Assembly (NCBI GenBank): GCA_031411295.1
Contig: JANOAV010000188.1
Coordinates: forward strand, 1 to 11,942
Length of the DNA stretch: 11,942 bases
Source: Verrucomicrobiales bacterium
GTDB taxonomy: Bacteria; Verrucomicrobiota; Verrucomicrobiia; Verrucomicrobiales; V1-33
Direction: 5' to 3'
Of the stretch, positions 1 through 7,129 are shown piece by piece. Within the stretch, counting starts at the first letter, position 1. Each line of letters starts with the position of its first letter. The notes below the pieces were generated by a model that saw nothing but the letters and a program-made list of their open reading frames with translations, was not told where the DNA came from and ran no database searches. Position numbers and translations under genes: made by a program.

Positions 1-85
1 TGCGGGCCGCCCCTGGTGGGCAAAATAGTGGCTCCAGTAACGCCCATTCCTTGTCACTCACATCTGTCGGGTAGCTTTTTCTCAT
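1..85 (-). CDS. IS5-family transposase, N-terminal fragment (truncated by window edge)
   Basis: Manual translation from ATG at 85 gives MRKSYPTDVSDKEWALLEPLFCPPGAAR. This matches the YPSDLTDxEWxxLEPL N-terminal signature of IS5-family (DUF4096-type) transposases. Purine-rich GGGTAAGGA lies directly upstream. Not in the ORF track. Confidence 0.85.
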   Translation of the reverse strand, partial: MRKSYPTDVSDKEWALLEPLFCPPGAAR

Positions 86-135
86 TCCTTACCCTACCCC
101 ATTATGGCCCTTTTTCAAAATTACCGGACAGGTTC
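1..135 (-). mobile_element. IS5-family insertion sequence, left end only (runs off the window); probably IS1031/IS427-like subgroup
   Basis: The minus strand reads ccTTA|GAACCTGTCCGGTAATTTT. This is a GA-starting end (135 to about 120) next to a TTA/TAA trinucleotide (136-138), 50 nt upstream of a transposase start at 85. The other end is outside the window, so the TIR and target duplication cannot be confirmed. Confidence 0.75.
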
Positions 136-160
136 TAAGGATGGGCGCAAGCATGGCGAA

Positions 161-230
161 AATGAAGAATGACGAATGGACAAAGCCGGATTACTTAGCG
201 CGCTTCTGATTCTCGTCACTCGTCATCTGA
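161..230. repeat. Degenerate heptamer-based inverted repeat (intergenic hairpin)
   Basis: Left arm AATGAAG-AATGACG-AATGGAC (161-181) and right arm TCGTCAC-TCGTCAT (213-226). ATGACGA (169-175) pairs perfectly with TCGTCAT (220-226). Confidence 0.5.
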
Positions 231-253
231 CACTCTTTCGCTTCCCCTCCACC

Positions 254-2980
254 GTGTTTTTACTGCATCTCCTTACCCCCTGGACCTGGAAAATGGCCTG
301 GCGCGACAGCCGCCGGGGTCGCCAGCGCCTGTTGCTTTTTTCCATGAGTATCATGCTGGGCATTGCCGCTCTGGTGGCGATTGGATCGCTCAAGGAGAAC
401 TTGGTGGCAGCGGTGGAAAATCAAGCGAAGGCGCTGGTGGGAAGCGATGTCTTCATCAATGCCCGCCGTGGGTTTAGTCCGGCAGCTGATGAGTTGTTAA
501 ACAAAAGCGGTGCCATCGTGGCACGTGAAATCAGCCATTTGTCAGCGCTGAGTTTCCCCACCGGCAAAGCCGATAGTGGCCTGCTCCGCGTGGAGGCCCG
601 AGCCGTGGACCCGGAATTTCCCTTTTACGGAACCCCGGTAACCGAACCGCCAGATGCCTGGGCGCGCTGTATGAAGGGCGAAGGATTCGTTTGTGATTCA
701 CTCCTGCTGGAGCAGGCAGGCGTCAGCGTGGGAGCCACGGTAAAATTAGGTGCCCTGGAAAGCCGTATTCTGGGAGTTTTCATCACCGCTCCCGCCCGGG
801 CGTCGTGGGCTGGGGCATTCGGAATGATCTCCCCGGAAGTTTTCTACGTCAGGGAGCTTGCAGCCAAGACCAAGCTCTCCGTCGGCATGTTTACCTTCCA
901 TCGGGCCCATCTGAAATTTCCCGCTGACAAAGATCCAGAGGACTGGGCGCGCCGAGTCCGGGACCAGTTTAAACGTGAAGGAGCCGATCTCGAGACGGTG
1001 GAGAAGCGGCGCAAGAACATCGGCCAAGTGCTGGACCATCTGTATAGTTTCCTGAGCCTGCTGGGCTTCGTAGCCTTGGTGCTAGGCGGCCTCGGTGTTG
1101 CCAGCGCGATTCACGTGCATGTGCAGCAGCGACTTGGTTCCGTGGCCACGCTGCGTTGCCTGGGCGGCACGGCTTCGCAAGCCTTTGCCGTTTTCGTGGC
1201 CCAAGGAATCGCATTGGGTCTCTGCGGAGCCGTCGGCGGGGTGCTCATTGGCATGGCGTTGCAGCGCGGCATGCCGCTGCTTTTCAAAAGCTACATTCCC
1301 ATCGAAATCGACATCGCGTTCCAGCCACAGAGCATTCTCGTGGCGCTGGGCCTGGGGTTCTTGATTTGTGTTAGCTTTGCCATTTTACCGTTGCTTAAAA
1401 TCCGTCGCATCAGCCCCCTGGCAGCGGTGCGAGCCGCTTATACCGAAGAACCTCCGCCCCCGCGTCGGTGGTTGCGCTGGATCTGGTTGGCCTGGATTCT
1501 GCTGTTAGGCTTCTGGACTTGGCAAGCGTGGCGTGGTCATCTTGTCTGGATGGAAAATGTCCACACGCGCAACGTCGGTTTCGTGGCGTTGTTCCTCATC
1601 GGAGCCGGACTCGTGGTGCGGGCGGTGGATCCCATTTGGTGGGCCATCATCGGCCTCTTGGGCGGAACACTGACGTTTCTGGCGTATCAACTCAGTCCAC
1701 CGAAAAACCCCGCCGTAGGTTATGGCTTTGCCGTTCTGTTGGGATTGGGGTTGCTCGTGCTCGTGTTGATTGCCAAGCTCGTGGTGAAACTTGCCTCCGT
1801 CCTGCGGCATCCACTCTGGCCGTATCCGCTGCGGCAAGGAATGCTGAACCTGCATCGCCCCCGGAATCAGACGTTACTATTCCTGCTGAGTGCGGGCTTG
1901 GGGGTGACGCTAATTTTAACCATGATTCTGATGCAGCATCTCCTGCTGCAATTCCTCGAATCCAAAACCCTGCGCGATAAACCTAACCTGATCATGCTGG
2001 ATGTAAAAATGGAGCAGGAAAAACCGCTGCGCGATATCCTCACGCCCCTGACCGACAAGCCGCTGGAGTATTCCACGATGGTCAACATGCAGCTCACGAA
2101 ACTCAATGGGAAGACTCTGGTGGAATTACAAAAGCAGCCGGAAACCCGCGTCGAAAACTGGATTCTGGGGTATCGCTTTAACTCCACCACCAGAGCCGAA
2201 CTAACACGTTCCGAAAAATTACTCACCGGTGAAATGCCGCGTCGCTATGAAGGCACCGGCCCGGTGCCAGTGACGGTGGACAAGGGATTGATCGAGAAAC
2301 TTCACGCCAAACTAGGCGATGTCGTAACCTTTGCCATCGAGGAGGAAACGATGGATTGCCGATTGGTCGGCACCCGGGAGATTGAGTGGCAGGAGTTGGG
2401 GCTCAACTTCTTCTTCGTGTTCCCACCTGGAGCGTTGGAGAAATTTCCCCACACTGGCGTCATGACAGCTCAGGTGACGGATCCAGCCCTGAGTGCCGCA
2501 GCGCAAAAGCAGATCGCAGGGAAATTTTCCAATCTCAACATGATCGACATCGGCCAGATCTTCGCCACCGTTACGGGCATCATTGACAAGGTGGCCTTCG
2601 TGATTCGTTTCATGGCCCTGTTCACCATCGGCACCGGCATCATCATTCTCGTGGCCGTGCTGGTGGGCGGCAAGCGGGATCGAGTCGAAGAAAGTGTGCT
2701 CCTGCGCACCCTCGGTGCTTCGCGCGCGCAGATTTGGAAAATCCTCGTCAGTGAGTATGCGCTGTTAGGGTTCCTTGCATCACTCATCGGCAGCGGACTG
2801 GCGTTGGGAGCCACCTGGTGGTTGGCGAAGTATGCCTTCAAGTTGGAGAATTCGCTCTGGCTGACACCGTGCTTCTGGGCTGTGGCAGCCCTGACGACTG
2901 CCACTACCATCATCGGACTCCTCCTGAGCCGAGGCATCACCAGCACCCCGCCGCTGGCCATCCTCCGGGGTGGGGATTAG
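254..2980 (+). CDS. ABC transporter permease, YbbP/FtsX(MacB)-like, duplicated two-half architecture
   Basis: N-terminal MAWRDSR..R..LLF..SI.LGIAALVAI motif, two large extracytoplasmic loops, and two FtsX-type segments (ATLRCLGGT, LLRTLGASRAQI), each followed by ISPLAAVR or PPLAILR. The ORF is open from 176, but 176-230 overlaps the repeat, so GTG254 (or ATG293) is the more likely start. Confidence 0.9.
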   Translation: MFLLHLLTPWTWKMAWRDSRRGRQRLLLFSMSIMLGIAALVAIGSLKENLVAAVENQAKALVGSDVFINARRGFSPAADELLNKSGAIVAREISHLSALSFPTGKADSGLLRVEARAVDPEFPFYGTPVTEPPDAWARCMKGEGFVCDSLLLEQAGVSVGATVKLGALESRILGVFITAPARASWAGAFGMISPEVFYVRELAAKTKLSVGMFTFHRAHLKFPADKDPEDWARRVRDQFKREGADLETVEKRRKNIGQVLDHLYSFLSLLGFVALVLGGLGVASAIHVHVQQRLGSVATLRCLGGTASQAFAVFVAQGIALGLCGAVGGVLIGMALQRGMPLLFKSYIPIEIDIAFQPQSILVALGLGFLICVSFAILPLLKIRRISPLAAVRAAYTEEPPPPRRWLRWIWLAWILLLGFWTWQAWRGHLVWMENVHTRNVGFVALFLIGAGLVVRAVDPIWWAIIGLLGGTLTFLAYQLSPPKNPAVGYGFAVLLGLGLLVLVLIAKLVVKLASVLRHPLWPYPLRQGMLNLHRPRNQTLLFLLSAGLGVTLILTMILMQHLLLQFLESKTLRDKPNLIMLDVKMEQEKPLRDILTPLTDKPLEYSTMVNMQLTKLNGKTLVELQKQPETRVENWILGYRFNSTTRAELTRSEKLLTGEMPRRYEGTGPVPVTVDKGLIEKLHAKLGDVVTFAIEEETMDCRLVGTREIEWQELGLNFFFVFPPGALEKFPHTGVMTAQVTDPALSAAAQKQIAGKFSNLNMIDIGQIFATVTGIIDKVAFVIRFMALFTIGTGIIILVAVLVGGKRDRVEESVLLRTLGASRAQIWKILVSEYALLGFLASLIGSGLALGATWWLAKYAFKLENSLWLTPCFWAVAALTTATTIIGLLLSRGITSTPPLAILRGGD

Positions 2981-3010
2981 CCGGCCACTTGCCAGGGAGA
3001 GATTCCCGCC

Positions 3011-4177
3011 CTAACGCCCGCTCTTTTCCAACTTGAAAATCAGCGCGTCCAACACGGCATCGGTTTTGAGTTTCACTCTGCGGCTGTCTGTCATGGGATC
3101 TTCTGGAGCAAGACGTTTGATCATCGTGGCAATGGCTTCATCGGCGCGCGTTTGCGCGGCTTTGAGAAGGGCGGATCGGGCTTCGTCCAAGCTGGCGGCC
3201 GCGCCCGCCTTCTCTCCATTGGGACCGGTCTTCAGGAAATGCGCTACTGAGGCCTCGCCAATCCGTAACAGCCAACGATCTTCCTTTGCGAAGTAAACCG
3301 CCAGAGTGCCCTGCTGGGCTACCCCCAAGCGAATTGCTTCCTTTTTCCAATAAGCTTCCGCCAACTCTCCTGCGGCATCGGTAGGCACCTGAGTGAAGAG
3401 TCGGGCGGCAATTTTGACGCCCGTGAAGCGCTCGAAGTTGGCCAGTTTGTAAGTGAAGTTTTTGGCCCGATCCCATTCCTGAGGAAGCAAATGATCGGCG
3501 TCATCGAATGGAGCATCCGGGCCTGGATCGCGCGGGCCGGCATAGCGTTTGGCTTTTGCCACCAAGGCCGTGAACGTCGCTTCGTCGGCTTTGAATGCTT
3601 GGGCCTTGGCTCCCAATCGCAGAATTTTGACTTTCATCGTGTCCCCTTGTTTTATCTTCGGTAACAACTCCAATCCCCGCACCACCCGCCCGAAAACATT
3701 GTGCTGATAGTTGAGCCGATGTTGCGCACTGAGCATCAGACAATACTGCGATCCATTCGTATCCGGTCCATCATTCCCCATCTGGATCACGCCTTCCGCT
3801 TCATGCCGCAGCCCGGGCACGATTTCGTCAGGGAAAAGGTATCCCGCGTCGCCTTCACCCGTCCCCTTGGGATCTCCGCCCTGCACCACCAACCCGGGCA
3901 CCACGCGACACCACGTCAGCCCATCATAAAACGGTTTCCGGGGCGCAGGTCCCAGCGAGCCTTCCGCCAAGCCCACATAATTTGTCACCGTCATTGGCAC
4001 CTGTTCGTAAAACAATTCACCCACCACTACGCCCACCTCAGTCGTGATTTCGGTGAACAAACCGTCCGGCAAATCATGCGGATTTCCCGCCTGGGATTCA
4101 CTCATGGTTAGCAACAGCAACCCCATCAGCCAAGCCCTGGCAGGATTCACAACTCTTGAGCAACGGATTCTAGTCAT
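3011..4177 (-). CDS. Cyclophilin-type peptidyl-prolyl isomerase with signal peptide and C-terminal TPM(DUF477)-like domain
   Basis: Cyclophilin motifs VPMTVTNYVGLAEG, FYDGLTWCRVVPGLVVQGGDPKGTG, MGNDGPDTNGSQY and HNVFGRVVRG. N-terminal hydrophobic stretch ending SQA. The C-terminal part DDADHLLP..KLANFERFTGVKIAA..QGTLAVYFAKEDRWLLRIG resembles a TPM domain. Confidence 0.85.
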   Translation of the reverse strand: MTRIRCSRVVNPARAWLMGLLLLTMSESQAGNPHDLPDGLFTEITTEVGVVVGELFYEQVPMTVTNYVGLAEGSLGPAPRKPFYDGLTWCRVVPGLVVQGGDPKGTGEGDAGYLFPDEIVPGLRHEAEGVIQMGNDGPDTNGSQYCLMLSAQHRLNYQHNVFGRVVRGLELLPKIKQGDTMKVKILRLGAKAQAFKADEATFTALVAKAKRYAGPRDPGPDAPFDDADHLLPQEWDRAKNFTYKLANFERFTGVKIAARLFTQVPTDAAGELAEAYWKKEAIRLGVAQQGTLAVYFAKEDRWLLRIGEASVAHFLKTGPNGEKAGAAASLDEARSALLKAAQTRADEAIATMIKRLAPEDPMTDSRRVKLKTDAVLDALIFKLEKSGR

Positions 4178-4344
4178 GAGAATTCGTTTCCTGAATTCAG
4201 AGCATTAAGCAACCAGAATATGGCAGGAACAAGCCGCAGTCCATGGCGTCGTTCGCGCTCCGTTCATTTGTGGCCTTGCCGTTGTCATCAAGCGCGGCAA
4301 GCTCAGGGGCTTCCGGATTTCGGATTGGCCCCTTTCCTTCCCCC

Positions 4345-6507
4345 ATGAAAACTCGCCTGTTAACACCGTTTACTTTTGTCCTCACCATGTCTGCTCATAC
4401 CCACTCGTTTGCTGCCAAGTATCCTGCCACCGACAAGTCTCCGGTCACGGATACCTATCATGGAGTGAAGGTAGTAGAGGATTATCGGTGGCTGGAGGAA
4501 TCCGTTGCGCCGGCGGTGAAAGCTTGGTCCGCGGAACAAACGAAATTTGCGCGGACCTATCTGGACGCGCTGCCGGATCGGGCTGGGATCGAGGCCGGGT
4601 TGACGGAAATGTTTCGCAAGGACACGCCTTCGCATGGCGGGCTGGTCTCGCGGCCGGGGCGGTTGTTTGCGTTGAAATTTCAACCACCGAAACAACAACG
4701 GTTGCTGGTCACGCTGGCTTCGGCGGATGATCTGGCATCGGAGAAACTCGTGTTGGATCCCAATGAAATGGAACCGAAGGGGCAGGTCGCGATGGATTGG
4801 TTCGTGCCCTCGCCCGACGGCAAATTGCTGGCGGTGTGTCTTTCGGAACATGGCAGCGAGGAAGGAACGCTGCACTTCTACAACACCGAAACAGGCGCGT
4901 CATTGCCCGATCGTATCGCCCGGGTGCAGTATCCCACGGGTGGCGGCAGTGCGTCTTGGACGCCTGATGGCACGGGCATTTATTACACGCGCTATCCGCG
5001 CCAGGGCGAGCGACCGGAAGCGGATCTGAATTTCTTCATGCAGATCTATTTCCACAAAATGGGCACCATGGTGAGTGAGGATCGTTATGCTGCAGGCAAG
5101 GACTTTCCACGCATTGCGGAGGTGGATCTGGATACCTCACGCGATGGTCGGTGGCTGCTGGCAACGGTAGCGAATGGTGACGGAGGCGAATACGCTCACT
5201 ATCTGCGGGATCTCCACGCAGCGGAGTCCGCCCCATGGCGACAGATCACGACGTTTGCCGACCTGGTGAAACAAGTCGCCATCAGTTGCGATGGCACCGT
5301 GCTTTACCTGCGCTCGGTGAACCAAGCGCCCCGTGGCAAAGTTCTGCGCTTGCCGCTGGCGGGCGGTAAGTCCTTGGCCGAAGCGGAAGTCATCGTGCCG
5401 GAATCGGACGCGGTGATTGAACGCATCACGCCCACCGCGTCATTTCTCTTCGTGTCTGAGTTACTGGGCGGGCCGTCACGGATTCGGCAATTTGATCTGG
5501 CGGGCAAGCAGGGTCGCGAACTCCCGTTGCCGCCGACGTCTGGGGTAGGACAGTTGTTAGCGCTGGAAGAAACCGCCGGGGATAATTGGGTGCTGTTTCG
5601 GGAGACCAGTTATACGGCACCCTCAGCCTGGTATCGTTATGAACCAGCCACGGGCGAATTGAAGCAAACGGCCTTACGGAACACCTCTCCGGTCGATTTC
5701 AGCGACATCGAAGCCGTGCGGGAATTCGCCACCAGCAAAGACGGGACCAAGGTTCCCATCAACATTCTGCGTCGCCAAGGCACGAAGCTGGATGGCACCA
5801 ATCCCACGCTGCTCAAGGCCTACGGCGGCTACGGTCATAGCATGAGACCAAATTTCGAATTCACGCACCGACTCTGGTTTGATCGCGGCGGCATCATCGT
5901 CATCGCCAATCTACGCGGCGGTGGCGAGTATGGTGAAGCGTGGCATTTGGCGGGAAATTTAACCAAGAAGCAAAACGTCTTCGATGACTTTGCCGGTTGT
6001 GCCAAACATCTGATCGACCGCGGCTACACCCGGCCGGATAAGCTGGCGGTGGAAGGTGGCAGCAATGGCGGATTGCTCATGGGAGCCTTCCTCACGCAAC
6101 ACCCGGATCTTTGCCAGGCGGTCGTTGCCCATGTGGGGATTTACGATATGTTGCGGGTGGAACTCGATCCTAACGGAGCCTTCAACATCACGGAATTCGG
6201 CACCGTGAAAGATCCCGCCCAGTTCCAAGCCATCCATGCCTACTCGCCCTATCATCGGGTTATCGATGGCACCAAGTATCCCGCAGTGTTCTTTCTTGCA
6301 GGAGAAAATGATGGCCGGGTCAATCCTGCCAACTCCCGCAAAATGACCGCCCGTCTCCAAGCCGCCACCATTTCGGATCGTCCGATTCTAGCCCGTTTCA
6401 GCGCCTCCGGCCACGGCATGGGCACCGCGCTGACAGAACGGATTGCCCAGAAAGCGGACGTCCTGACTTACCTCTTTGATCAGTTAGGCATGAAGCCGGT
6501 TCGATGA
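4345..6507 (+). CDS. Prolyl oligopeptidase (peptidase S9A), probably secreted
   Basis: DTYHGVKVVEDYRWLE N-terminus, beta-propeller region, SKDGTKVP, YGGY, NLRGGGEYGEAWH and KKQNVFDDF. Catalytic triad Ser (GGSNGG), Asp (ENDGRV) and His (SGHG). The ORF is open from 4243, but ATG4345 gives a signal-peptide-like MKTRLLTPFTFVLTMSAHTHSFA. Confidence 0.95.
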   Translation: MKTRLLTPFTFVLTMSAHTHSFAAKYPATDKSPVTDTYHGVKVVEDYRWLEESVAPAVKAWSAEQTKFARTYLDALPDRAGIEAGLTEMFRKDTPSHGGLVSRPGRLFALKFQPPKQQRLLVTLASADDLASEKLVLDPNEMEPKGQVAMDWFVPSPDGKLLAVCLSEHGSEEGTLHFYNTETGASLPDRIARVQYPTGGGSASWTPDGTGIYYTRYPRQGERPEADLNFFMQIYFHKMGTMVSEDRYAAGKDFPRIAEVDLDTSRDGRWLLATVANGDGGEYAHYLRDLHAAESAPWRQITTFADLVKQVAISCDGTVLYLRSVNQAPRGKVLRLPLAGGKSLAEAEVIVPESDAVIERITPTASFLFVSELLGGPSRIRQFDLAGKQGRELPLPPTSGVGQLLALEETAGDNWVLFRETSYTAPSAWYRYEPATGELKQTALRNTSPVDFSDIEAVREFATSKDGTKVPINILRRQGTKLDGTNPTLLKAYGGYGHSMRPNFEFTHRLWFDRGGIIVIANLRGGGEYGEAWHLAGNLTKKQNVFDDFAGCAKHLIDRGYTRPDKLAVEGGSNGGLLMGAFLTQHPDLCQAVVAHVGIYDMLRVELDPNGAFNITEFGTVKDPAQFQAIHAYSPYHRVIDGTKYPAVFFLAGENDGRVNPANSRKMTARLQAATISDRPILARFSASGHGMGTALTERIAQKADVLTYLFDQLGMKPVR

Positions 6508-6538
6508 TCGGCTTTCAGTAAACGCGGAAATGACAAAG

Positions 6539-6566
6539 TTGACATTCGGCGGACGATCCCCATGCT
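6539..6566 (+). promoter_or_regulatory. Putative sigma70 promoter for yceI and downstream genes
   Basis: Perfect TTGACA (6539-6544), 16-nt spacer, then CATGCT (6561-6566). ATG6577 follows 10 nt later with no Shine-Dalgarno sequence. Confidence 0.55.
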
Positions 6567-6576
6567 TCACCTTACT

Positions 6577-7125
6577 ATGAAAACACCGCTTCTCCTCCCT
6601 GCCTTGGCCCTGCTCCTCTCTGGATTTACGCTGCACGCTGAAGATCATAAACTTACTGGTGACAACACCACGATCAAATTTGTGGGCACCAAAAAGGACG
6701 GCAAGCATGAAGGCTCATTCAAGAAAGTTGATGGAACTTTGTCGGTGGATACGGCTGACATTTCCAAATCAAAATTGAGCCTGACGATCGACATCGAATC
6801 CATGACGACCGATGCAGCCAAACTCACCGCGCATTTGAAATCCCCCGATTTCTTCGATGCCAAGGCCAACCCCACCGCCAAGTTCGTCTCCACTGCCATC
6901 AAAGCTGGTGCCACCAAGGATACCTATAGCATCACGGGTGATCTGACGCTGCTGGGCAAAACCAATCCTGTGACCTTCGAAGCCAAGGCCGTCACGACGG
7001 ATGGAACGAAAACGGTGGCTGGTCAGACCAGCATTAAGCGCAGTCAGTGGGGCATGACCTACGGTCCGGACAAAGTGAATGACGAGGTCCAATTGACGCT
7101 CGAAGTAAAGGTGAAATCTTCCTAA
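6577..7125 (+). CDS. yceI: YceI-family (polyisoprenoid/lipid-binding) periplasmic protein
   Basis: Signal peptide MKTPLLLPALALLLSGFTLHA, with motifs HLKSPDFFDAKANPTAKFVST, ITGDLTLLGKTNPVTF and IKRSQWGMTY..DEVQLTLEV. ATG6577 is preferred over 6562, which lies in the predicted -10 box. Confidence 0.92.
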   Translation: MKTPLLLPALALLLSGFTLHAEDHKLTGDNTTIKFVGTKKDGKHEGSFKKVDGTLSVDTADISKSKLSLTIDIESMTTDAAKLTAHLKSPDFFDAKANPTAKFVSTAIKAGATKDTYSITGDLTLLGKTNPVTFEAKAVTTDGTKTVAGQTSIKRSQWGMTYGPDKVNDEVQLTLEVKVKSS

Positions 7126-7129
7126 CTTC

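Noticed and set aside
176..253. N-terminal extension of the permease ORF from ATG176
   Set aside because: It overlaps the heptamer inverted repeat and precedes the family's typical start region (MAWRD).
2981..3010. Possible bidirectional terminator between the convergent permease and cyclophilin genes
   Set aside because: Only a 4-bp GGGA/TCCC stem and no U-tract.
4243..4344. Longer start for the prolyl oligopeptidase
   Set aside because: It would bury the signal peptide and cover the likely promoter region. ATG4345 fits better.
4197..4388. 63-aa minus-strand ORF as a possible RiPP precursor
   Set aside because: It overlaps the peptidase start and the divergent promoter region, and has no recognisable leader, repeat or core motif.
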